From contig JAIXTE010000125.1 in assembly GCA_027484315.1 (NCBI GenBank), forward strand, positions 3,683 through 67,682: a stretch of DNA of 64,000 nucleotides. The letters run 5' to 3'. The notes under the pieces are model-generated. The model saw only the letters and a program-made list of their open reading frames with translations, was not told the DNA's origin and did no database searches. A program made the translations under genes and the position numbers. This document shows, in pieces, positions 56,078 through 64,000 of the stretch; position 1 is the stretch's first letter, and every line of letters starts with the position of its first letter. The stretch is from Burkholderiales bacterium. Its GTDB lineage: Bacteria; Pseudomonadota; Gammaproteobacteria; Burkholderiales; Burkholderiaceae_B.

Positions 56078-57442
56078 TTAAAATTTCAATCCATTTTTTA
56101 TGGATGTTCCTACCGCTATCTTGCCCCGTCGCTTTTCAATTTCCCTGATCTGCTCAAGTTCTTTACTTTTAACCGCACGCTCGTACCCCTGATAGTTCTC
56201 ACGGGCTTCATTGAATCCCCTTCTTCTTTCAGCGTAGTTGTTAGTCGTGAACTCATTGAAACCCCAGTCTTTGGCCTTATTGATTGCGACTACCGTGTTG
56301 TTTAGGATGGTTTCCATAGGTGAAAGTGGTTGACCCTCGCGATTCCAACCGAGGCGTATAGGTCGATTTCTTTCCCTCTGAATATCGAAATCCGAGATTT
56401 TCCCTCTCAGCAACACCGCCATGGTCAACGCGCGCCGCATGGTTTGGGCCTCCGGGTTTTCCTGGCCTTTCTTTGAGGGGTATGCTTCCTCTATTCGTCG
56501 ATAAAATGCTGAGAGTTTCAAAGCCTCATTTTTGGTCACCACGGGGTCATGGTCTCTTTTAGTATCCAGTGGCGTATCGGCGATCTCTTTAATTTGATCA
56601 ATAGCAAAGTCGATGGCCGGCTGGCTCGGCTCCTGGAACTCCTTGATGTCCTCGAAGAGATCCAAAGTCAGTTTTCTGGCTTCATCGAATGAATTGCTCA
56701 CTCTGTGAATCATCCCAGACGCCCCATAACTGAGGTTTTCCATACTGAGGGTGTCCGGCGCGGATGGCTTTGAGTCTAGCAGTAACTTAAAACTTGCCTT
56801 GCTAATCTGGCGCGCTGTTGAGATAACCTGTTCGTAAATTTCATTTAGCGACGTTTCTTTGTTTCCAAGCAATCCTGGTTCCAGGATCTTCTCCACTGCT
56901 TTACCAGATATTGTCATCATCTGAAGTGTCGACTGGAGGGCGGCTGTTTTCCTTTCGTCTTCGTGATTGAGCCCCAGAGAAAGATAGATTTTGAGAACTT
57001 CATCCCCGAACTCCTGCCGCATCTCGCTCAAAAGCTGCATCCGGGGACGGTGCTCATTCATGTCGGTCACGCCATGAATGACGGACTGAAAAGCACGGTT
57101 TTGGAAAAGGACTTCATAAAAATCAGAAGCCATGATGGACGAGGGTTGCCTTTTTTGCATGTCTTTAATTGAGTTACCTATCGCGACCCCCATCGCGCTT
57201 GTCAGTAAAGCGCAAGCAAAAAACTTTGGGTCGCTCAAATTAGCCAGGCTCGATATTCCATTGTCAATTAGGCTATCGGCAAAGAATCCGCCTTGTGCAG
57301 CAAAGACGGAGTTGCTGGCAGTGAGGTATCTTGAAGAGGTGGTCTTCCTGTGATAATCAGCAACAGCTATCTGCAGTTGTCGGAATTCATTATTTTTGTC
57401 GCCGATGATTTTCAATTCGATTTCTCCATTCTTTGCCCCCAA
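56078..57442 (-). CDS. Hypothetical protein
   Basis: 454-aa helical ORF; ends SIKNGLKF. Confidence 0.6.
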   Translation of the reverse strand: MGAKNGEIELKIIGDKNNEFRQLQIAVADYHRKTTSSRYLTASNSVFAAQGGFFADSLIDNGISSLANLSDPKFFACALLTSAMGVAIGNSIKDMQKRQPSSIMASDFYEVLFQNRAFQSVIHGVTDMNEHRPRMQLLSEMRQEFGDEVLKIYLSLGLNHEDERKTAALQSTLQMMTISGKAVEKILEPGLLGNKETSLNEIYEQVISTARQISKASFKLLLDSKPSAPDTLSMENLSYGASGMIHRVSNSFDEARKLTLDLFEDIKEFQEPSQPAIDFAIDQIKEIADTPLDTKRDHDPVVTKNEALKLSAFYRRIEEAYPSKKGQENPEAQTMRRALTMAVLLRGKISDFDIQRERNRPIRLGWNREGQPLSPMETILNNTVVAINKAKDWGFNEFTTNNYAERRRGFNEARENYQGYERAVKSKELEQIREIEKRRGKIAVGTSIKNGLKF

Positions 57443-57629
57443 ATATTACTGGCTTGACTCTGTAACCTCATAGCAATAACGGCTCGTCTATTCAGAATGG
57501 GGCAAGCAGAATAAATCGAGTAGAACAGGTTAGGCTTGCCGTTCTGCGTTTTGGGGTTGCTTTATCTAACAGATTGAGAACACCCGCAGTAATATTTAAA
57601 TCGTGTGACCAGCAAGAGGGGGTGATCCG

Positions 57630-58286
57630 ATGACTCAGCAAGAAAACTTTATGCAGGCGGTGGCCTATTTCAAGGCCTGTAATCCCCAGATTCAACTAGA
57701 TCACGGCGATTGCCTTGATTTTGCTTGTGCGGTTGCGATCTTCTATGCCCAGGAGTGCACTACAAACCATGAGCTTTCATTAAGCCCTTTGATGATCGAC
57801 GGCGTGTTTCGACGAAGCCACGATATTGAATCAGGCGACCTCTGCAGTCTCGGGGTGGTCCATGTTCAGGCGTTTTTGGGTAATCAACCGGTTGGGGTCG
57901 ACGGTACCCAATACGATTCGTGGGCTCCAAACAGTCTGGAAGGTATTGCCAAGGGCCTGGAGGAAGAATCAAGGCGTCAGGCCAGTCATGATGACATTCA
58001 GGAGAACCTCTATTTCAAGGCTTCCAGTGCGCTGGATATAAATCCCTTGTTTGGTGTCAATGACATCACGTCAAGCCTAAAATCATGGCTTCAAACTGAG
58101 GTCTATGAACCCAGTATTGAGGGTTTGCGGTTTGAAGACGCCACCAAAGGGTTTTCAAAGAGACCTTTTTTTGAGGTCGACAAGGCTGTAGTGTACGCAA
58201 AAGAGATGTCGCTTGCCTTCAACATCCAGGGGGAGTATCGAAGACGTGAGGCTTGCCAGAAAAAAAGGGTAGGGTTGAGCGTTTAG
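57630..58286 (+). CDS. Hypothetical protein
   Basis: GDCLDFACA...VVHVQA...DG pattern (possible papain-like C-H-D); ends KKRVGLSV. Confidence 0.55.
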   Translation: MTQQENFMQAVAYFKACNPQIQLDHGDCLDFACAVAIFYAQECTTNHELSLSPLMIDGVFRRSHDIESGDLCSLGVVHVQAFLGNQPVGVDGTQYDSWAPNSLEGIAKGLEEESRRQASHDDIQENLYFKASSALDINPLFGVNDITSSLKSWLQTEVYEPSIEGLRFEDATKGFSKRPFFEVDKAVVYAKEMSLAFNIQGEYRRREACQKKRVGLSV

Positions 58287-58415
58287 AACGCCCCTGATGG
58301 CTCAGTTTTGTTGTCAATTCCTATCCCTTTGTTCAATCGGCGAACTCTTTGAGCGGTACGCGTTTCCCTGCGATATCTGGTTTTCAACCGGCATTCAAAA
58401 CAAATCGTTTCCTTT

Positions 58416-60101
58416 ATGAAAATCATTTCCGAGTCTCTCCAAAAAAACAGGCTTCAATGGCTCCATGACAGTTATGCTGGCCAGCTAAAGAAAGAGGGGC
58501 CCTATGCATGTCAATGGGGTGATGTACTGAGTTTGGATCCCACACCGAACAAAAAATACCTTGATTGGGTTTTGCGTCTGATTATTGAAGAAAAGCTGCT
58601 TGCCGAGGATCGCTACAAAGTGCCCGCCGCTTTGAATGAACTTGTCCGGTGCCGGTCCATGCTCAGGCGAGATGGGCGCTCCACTGATATCAACTCGTAC
58701 AATACGTTGACTGCGCTCTTTGAGGTTCTTCATCCTTATGAGGAGAAGAAAAGTTACGCCCAAATGTGCAAGGAGGAGCGCGCCGAAATTGATTGTCAGA
58801 CGGAATTCATTGTGGACACGGAGGATCTGTTGGTAGTTTCTCCTAAAACAGAGAAAGCAAGTTGCTTTTGGGGGCGGGGTACCAAGTGGTGTACTGCTGC
58901 TACTGAATCGAGGAACGCCTTTTCACAGTACACGGACAAAAATGGAGACGGTCTTTATGTCTTTATTGACAAGAAAAACCAGGGTTTGAAATACCAGCTT
59001 TCAGCATGCGGTACGTTGGCTAACGAGCTGGACGTCACTCTCTCACCGAGCAACGAGCAGTCAGCCAGGCTTTTCTCGCTGTCAAAAGCCACACACGAGG
59101 GACTTGATTTGGCCTTTGTTCACCACAACCCCAAAAATTTGGTCTTCCTGAAGCAAGAAGAGAATTTCCTCAAAAAAGCTTTATCGCAGAATGGTCTGGC
59201 TTTGGAGTTCGTTAGTAATCCCACGGCGGAAATGATCGATGTCGCTATTGAGCGAAACCCAGATTCTCTAAAATTCGTTGCCGCTCAGACTAGGGAAATG
59301 TGTTTGGTAGCAGTACGGAAATATGGCCCCTCGCTTGAATACGTCAAACAACAAACCCAGGAGATTTGCATTGAAGCCGTCAGGGAGGCAGGTATTGCTC
59401 TCGAACATGTTAGAGAGCAGACCCCGGCGATTTGCATGGCAGCTTTGGAACACGATGGCATGTCGCTGCGTTTTGTTCGTAATCCAACACATGAAATGTA
59501 TCTTGCCGCGGTTACAAACGATGGTGCGGCGGTGCAATTTATTGCACCAGAGCGTATAACGCCCGAGATTTGTGAGGCAGCAATCAGGTCTTATCCAGAA
59601 TCTATACGATTTATTAAGAATCCCAGCGAGGAGTTGGTCTTGCTCGCAGTCACCTTGATACCACGTGTCATTAAATACATAGGAAACCTCAACCAGGAAA
59701 TGACAACCAGCGCTGTTGGCCGGCAGGGATTCTGCATTGAAGATATCCGCAACCCCAGCATTGATGACTGCCTTACGGCCATACGTCAGGACCCCGATTC
59801 AATAGTCGCCATACAGGACCCCACATATGAAATGTGCCTTGAAGCTGTCAGGCTTAGGGGTAGAACGATTGCTCACATGGAGAACCAAACTAGAGAACTC
59901 TGTCTTGAAGCCGTCAAACAAGATCCAGGGGCGTTGCATTATATTCATGAGCAAACCCACGAGATTTGCTTGGCCGCTGTTACACACCATCCAGAGGCCT
60001 TTCTTCATGTCAGAAATAAAACAGAAGAGATTGTCAAGGCAGCGGGAAAGGCATCTCCCGGACTGCAGAGAGAGAAAAAAGTCAGCACCCCTTCGATCTG
60101 A
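58416..60101 (+). CDS. DUF4116-repeat protein with an N-terminal TKWC domain
   Basis: About 14 repeats of roughly 22 aa (QT.E.CL.AV...G..L..V); N-domain DPTPNKKYLDW...GRGTKWCTAA. Confidence 0.75.
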   Translation: MKIISESLQKNRLQWLHDSYAGQLKKEGPYACQWGDVLSLDPTPNKKYLDWVLRLIIEEKLLAEDRYKVPAALNELVRCRSMLRRDGRSTDINSYNTLTALFEVLHPYEEKKSYAQMCKEERAEIDCQTEFIVDTEDLLVVSPKTEKASCFWGRGTKWCTAATESRNAFSQYTDKNGDGLYVFIDKKNQGLKYQLSACGTLANELDVTLSPSNEQSARLFSLSKATHEGLDLAFVHHNPKNLVFLKQEENFLKKALSQNGLALEFVSNPTAEMIDVAIERNPDSLKFVAAQTREMCLVAVRKYGPSLEYVKQQTQEICIEAVREAGIALEHVREQTPAICMAALEHDGMSLRFVRNPTHEMYLAAVTNDGAAVQFIAPERITPEICEAAIRSYPESIRFIKNPSEELVLLAVTLIPRVIKYIGNLNQEMTTSAVGRQGFCIEDIRNPSIDDCLTAIRQDPDSIVAIQDPTYEMCLEAVRLRGRTIAHMENQTRELCLEAVKQDPGALHYIHEQTHEICLAAVTHHPEAFLHVRNKTEEIVKAAGKASPGLQREKKVSTPSI

Positions 60102-60225
60102 GGTGGGTGATCTCAATTGAAATCGATTTTGTTTGCCTGGTGTCTGCACCCAAATAATTGATATATGCACCGTAATAGTATATAATTTTATTTGGCATTA
60201 CCTAAATCAAATCGAAAGGATCGCG

Positions 60226-60705
60226 ATGAAGAACACCCAAGCCGATAATTATGCAGGACCAAAGATCACAATTTATTGTGATGGCGCCAGTAAAGGTAAT
60301 CCCGGTGTGGGCGGCTGGGGCGCCGTAGTGGAGTGTTTCGCAGAAGAGTGGAAAGAAGAGCTCACTGGTGGCGATGTTGACGTGACCAACAATCAAATGG
60401 AATTGATGGCCGCAATCAAAGCATTGGAGTTTTTGAAAGAAAAGAGCGATGTCACCCTGTTCACCGACAGCCAGTATGTCTGCAAGGGGATGAAAGAGTG
60501 GATATCAGGCTGGAAGCGCAAAAACTGGGTTGCGGCCTCCGGTGGCCCTGTGAAAAACAAAGAGCTTTGGGTTCGGCTCGACAAAGTCAGTGCGCAACAC
60601 AAAATCGATTGGCGGTGGGTAAAAGGCCACGACGGAAACCCTGGAAATGAGCGTGCCGATGCCCTGGCGAATATTGGTGTCATTTCTGCAGGAAGAAAGC
60701 GATGA
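60226..60705 (+). CDS. rnhA: Ribonuclease HI
   Basis: [56 protein letters not shown]. Confidence 0.95.
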   Translation: MKNTQADNYAGPKITIYCDGASKGNPGVGGWGAVVECFAEEWKEELTGGDVDVTNNQMELMAAIKALEFLKEKSDVTLFTDSQYVCKGMKEWISGWKRKNWVAASGGPVKNKELWVRLDKVSAQHKIDWRWVKGHDGNPGNERADALANIGVISAGRKR

Positions 60706-61310
60706 GTGTCGGGTTCAACATAGAAGTCGCGCAGGGTGAACCGGATGATTCTGAGGGCTACACTGTCAAACGAAAGGGATCCTGTGTGTATGTCCAGGGT
60801 TCAATGCCATTGGAGGATCTCGGTGTCCTGTTGAGGGGTAAGAAGAAACATGTGATGAGCCCCTACCTAGCCGAGAAATTTCAGGCTGTCATCTTTTGTG
60901 GACCACCCGATGAGATCGACGCGCTGGTAGCCCAATTCAAATCAGAAGATAAGAAGAACTTTGAGGCTAGTATTTTGGCTGGTGAAAGTCCTGCTAAGGC
61001 CTGGCTGAAATCTGGAGATGTGGGCAGGAGCTCGTCGTTCATGTGCAAGTTTCTATGCGGATTCGAGACGACAGACGCCGAGGTTTATGCTCCGGCCGAC
61101 TATGATGATTTCCAGCGCTGCGAAGGAATGCTTCGCTGTGTACCCGGACTTCGGGAGAAGTTAGGCGCTCTGTCCGTCATTCCGTCCTTCGCTCGCTTGG
61201 TAACCATTTGGGATCAGTTAGCCCCGTTTGTTGATTTGGCTGCTACAAATAAGGATGGTTTTCTTACAAAAGAGCAATACGCCCAATTCAATGCGATCTT
61301 CAGGCATTGA
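60702..61310 (+). CDS. Hypothetical protein, C-domain paralogous to 18750-19379
   Basis: [11 protein letters not shown]...[10 protein letters not shown]...VP; ATGA overlap with rnhA. Confidence 0.65.
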   Translation: MSVGFNIEVAQGEPDDSEGYTVKRKGSCVYVQGSMPLEDLGVLLRGKKKHVMSPYLAEKFQAVIFCGPPDEIDALVAQFKSEDKKNFEASILAGESPAKAWLKSGDVGRSSSFMCKFLCGFETTDAEVYAPADYDDFQRCEGMLRCVPGLREKLGALSVIPSFARLVTIWDQLAPFVDLAATNKDGFLTKEQYAQFNAIFRH

Positions 61311-61414
61311 GAGCGGTGGGCTCCTGCTTCTGTGGAATCAGGGTGTGATTTCTTTGATGTGAGGGGGAGCTTGGTTCAATATGGTGGGTAAGCATTTAAC
61401 AAAGGGACGCGCTC

Positions 61415-61972
61415 ATGTCAGAGGCAAATAAAGACAAAAAACCAATTCCCCGTTCAGTTGTTTTGAATCCAGATGGATACCGTTTTTTGGGTATCAATGT
61501 GCTCACGGGCGAGGCATGCCGCCTGGGGCAGCGGCTTCTCTGTGATCTCACTGAGGACGCCAAGGCCCTTGTCCAGCAATACTTCGGCGCAGAGATAAAG
61601 TTCGACAAGAACAACAACTCAATGGTGGGAGATGAGCCCGCCGTCGCCTCGATGATGTTGGGTCGCGACACCCTCAGGGAAATCGCTGTATTCGGAATGA
61701 TGGCGAAAAATTGCCTGGCGATCATCGACTCTGACAAGAAAACAGGATTTAACCGCATCGCAATCTTTGACCAGGCGCTGCTCGGCCAATACCAGCGCAG
61801 CAACCAAGAGCAGTTTGACAACGCAGCCAAACTCGGCATTTCTTCTGGAGATTTTTACAAGAGCCCTAGTTTGATCGAGGGTGTTTATTCGATAAGGCCT
61901 AATCCTATTTATCGCGCCGGCCCGCAAAATGAAGCCCCCGGCAGGAAGGCCACCTCTATGTCGATGGGATAA
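61415..61972 (+). CDS. Hypothetical protein
   Basis: GINVLTGEAC...RLLCDLTE; ends RKATSMSMG. Confidence 0.65.
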   Translation: MSEANKDKKPIPRSVVLNPDGYRFLGINVLTGEACRLGQRLLCDLTEDAKALVQQYFGAEIKFDKNNNSMVGDEPAVASMMLGRDTLREIAVFGMMAKNCLAIIDSDKKTGFNRIAIFDQALLGQYQRSNQEQFDNAAKLGISSGDFYKSPSLIEGVYSIRPNPIYRAGPQNEAPGRKATSMSMG

Positions 61973-62046
61973 GGAGGCAGCAGTCGATGTGAGTTTTAGG
62001 ACGAAGGTCTTAAAGGGGTTTACTGCAGGGCTCTGGTGTGTCTTTC

Positions 62047-62286
62047 TTAGAAAGGCGAGTGTGATTTCTGACCTGGTAGAACTTGGGTCTCTGCAGCATT
62101 ACGGGCCCGCTTGTCGCATTTTTCAATAGCCTTATCTAACCCTTCCTGGCCAGGAAAACCTATGGTATCCCTGAGCGTTGAATGGGTTATGCCCGATTCG
62201 TACACTTGAAATCCTTTGTCTTTGGGTAACTTCAGAACCCAAAATTTCCCGTTTTCGTGAGCAATATCCGATTCCAGGTATTTCAT
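62047..62286 (-). CDS. Small hypothetical protein
   Basis: AGGA RBS; DIAHENGKFWVL; ends KSHSPF. Confidence 0.55.
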   Translation of the reverse strand: MKYLESDIAHENGKFWVLKLPKDKGFQVYESGITHSTLRDTIGFPGQEGLDKAIEKCDKRARNAAETQVLPGQKSHSPF

Positions 62287-62295
62287 AAGGCATTC

Positions 62296-63081
62296 CTAAA
62301 AGTGAATTCCGGCTTCAGACCTTTTTTTAGGTCGATCCGATGGATTAAATTTTGGAGATTCTTCAAGGACGATCTCAACGCGTCGAGTGTTTCCGGCGGC
62401 GGGGTTAATCCTCACCTCAGCAAAGACATCAACTGACATGGTGACGATGTCAACGTTATGTGTCTTTTCATCTTTCTCCACTTGAGTATAGGAAGAAAGC
62501 GTTGCGAATGCGCCGGGAATCCTCTCTCCATGCACGCTGTACACATCGCATTTTAGGTTTTCATTGCTTCGTGCCAGGCGAAATGGTAGGTCGGATTTCC
62601 CTATGCTTACTGTGCTTAATCCAGCGATATCGTTTGCGTGACCGAGGCTAACCACGATGAACCCCTCGAATGCCGGGTCATTCGGTGTTCCCGGGAGGGA
62701 AATCTGAACCCTTTTTGGCCACTCTGACTGGAAGCTCCTGCCCACCTCGATTGAGCGTTCGATAAGGAAGGCCAGATCCTTTGCCTCGTAACCGGAGATA
62801 GTTCGGACGTCTTGTGGTCCGAATAGCTTTTCCACGCTGACATGATAGAGGTCAGCTCGATTCTTGTATGCCGTTTCGGGCGTGCTCAGACATATGCAAT
62901 GCGCATCCAGCCGGATTACCGTGTCATTTGATTTATAGCTCAGCCCTTTGGAGAAAAATCTTCCGGGGGTGGATCGTTCACTTTGTTCTTCTTTAAGCTC
63001 GAAGTCACCGAGGTAAATTTGGTCAAGAAGCCTCTTTATAAGTCTGCCTTCTTCTGACTCATTTGATCTGATGTATTTCAT
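62296..63081 (-). CDS. Hypothetical protein
   Basis: 261 aa; ends KKRSEAGIHF. Confidence 0.6.
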   Translation of the reverse strand: MKYIRSNESEEGRLIKRLLDQIYLGDFELKEEQSERSTPGRFFSKGLSYKSNDTVIRLDAHCICLSTPETAYKNRADLYHVSVEKLFGPQDVRTISGYEAKDLAFLIERSIEVGRSFQSEWPKRVQISLPGTPNDPAFEGFIVVSLGHANDIAGLSTVSIGKSDLPFRLARSNENLKCDVYSVHGERIPGAFATLSSYTQVEKDEKTHNVDIVTMSVDVFAEVRINPAAGNTRRVEIVLEESPKFNPSDRPKKRSEAGIHF

Positions 63082-63367
63082 GATTCTGTGGATGGCTCAT
63101 TAGATGTTATTAGCAAATTAACCGGGGTGACATCGGGAGTCAATTTATGGATGTCAACAGACGCAGTACTCAAGCTATCGATATTCCTTGTTTTGAGTAA
63201 TTGACAAAACATGCAAAATCATCTATGATTATCTACATGGAGCCGCACAATATTTTCCTGGAGCCAACCCATTAGGGGCCAAAGTGCGAATCGCTTACCT
63301 TACCTTTTTCTTCAAAACAGGGCGGTGGCAAATGGCAAACCACACTGCTCTAAATTTGGAGAAAGTC

Positions 63368-63886
63368 ATGAAAAAAACCACCTACACCTTTTCCTTGGAT
63401 TGGGAAAATCACGGAATCGTGTGCTTTGTCAACGACAACAAGTTGATGCTTGAGCAAGAGGTCAATGAATATCTTCGAGCGGATGAGGACTTTGTTCAAT
63501 TCTTGAAGGTCCTCGGTAGCTCAATGAAGGAAGAGTCTGAGGATTGCGACCCTGATGACATTGCTTTCATTGGTGTTGTGTTGGACAAGTCCCACCAGTT
63601 GACTCTTGAAGACCTGGGTCGGATTAATGAGCTTGATATTGACTACCTGAAACACTCGGTGGGTCGAATTGTCGGCTGGGAGGGCCAAGAGCATGTGAGT
63701 GAGGCGCCCGCCAATGCGGACATCGTTATGCCGGGTGGAAAGAATCAGTTTAAGAGCGCAGCAAAACGCATGGTTGCAGTTCTCAAGCAATCAGGTTTGG
63801 ATGTGACCAACGCGCAGGCCATGGAAATTCTGGCTAAGACGCTTTACAGCAAGCCTTACGGTGAAATTCTGAAAACGTTGCTCTAA
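63368..63886 (+). CDS. Hypothetical protein with a C-terminal small helical domain
   Basis: GGAG RBS; KSAAKRM...VTNAQAMEILAKTLYSKPY. Confidence 0.6.
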   Translation: MKKTTYTFSLDWENHGIVCFVNDNKLMLEQEVNEYLRADEDFVQFLKVLGSSMKEESEDCDPDDIAFIGVVLDKSHQLTLEDLGRINELDIDYLKHSVGRIVGWEGQEHVSEAPANADIVMPGGKNQFKSAAKRMVAVLKQSGLDVTNAQAMEILAKTLYSKPYGEILKTLL

Positions 63887-64000
63887 TGGGTTGGGGGCGC
63901 TTTGCCCCCTGTCATCAAGGAATTGAAAGGAGTTGCGATGCGCTGTGAAAAACTCGTTGAGGGTGAGCAAGATCGAGACGCTTCTTCGTCGTGGGCCGAG

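Noticed and set aside
1-64000. tRNA/rRNA genes, cas1/cas2/cas4, rep or tra genes
   Set aside because: None recognised by eye; the plasmid/ICE assignment is therefore inferred from gene content only, and a large phage-like element is not excluded.

Overview
Gene-dense, roughly 50% GC accessory region with short genes on alternating strands and no housekeeping operons. It is most consistent with a large conjugative plasmid or ICE of a beta/gamma-proteobacterium (inferred from an E. coli-type LexA box and the gene content; no rep or tra genes are in the window). The centrepiece is a type IV-A CRISPR-Cas locus: csf5-csf1-csf2-csf3 on the minus strand, a divergent CasDinG, and no cas1/cas2. Its array has 20 repeats (35-nt consensus) and 19 spacers (30 nt); the repeats are unusually divergent but keep their stem. 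Other cargo: SNF2 helicase, HipBA toxin-antitoxin, a frameshifted tyrosine recombinase with a divergent KfrA-like gene (TnpS/TnpT-like module), PAPS-reductase-family protein, dimeric dUTPase, orphan C5 DNA methyltransferase, S8 peptidase with GlyGly-CTERM, two HTTM-like membrane proteins, 2OG-Fe(II) oxygenase, Sir2 deacylase, RNase HI and many hypotheticals. Patterns the annotation does not explain: (i) about 17 unrelated proteins share a basic/Ser-Pro-Gly/terminal-hydrophobic C-terminal tail, suggesting a large set of T4SS-translocated cargo; (ii) four to five dispersed stand-alone ART-PolyVal-like ADP-ribosyltransferases, three of which start with an MDF(R/K) motif also found on one unrelated protein; (iii) a promoter- and terminator-bounded, heavily structured non-coding RNA of about 190 nt; (iv) strand and reading-frame bias of the spacers, plus a possible tandem ribbon-helix-helix extension on CasDinG. 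All family calls come from motif recognition by eye; no searches were run.
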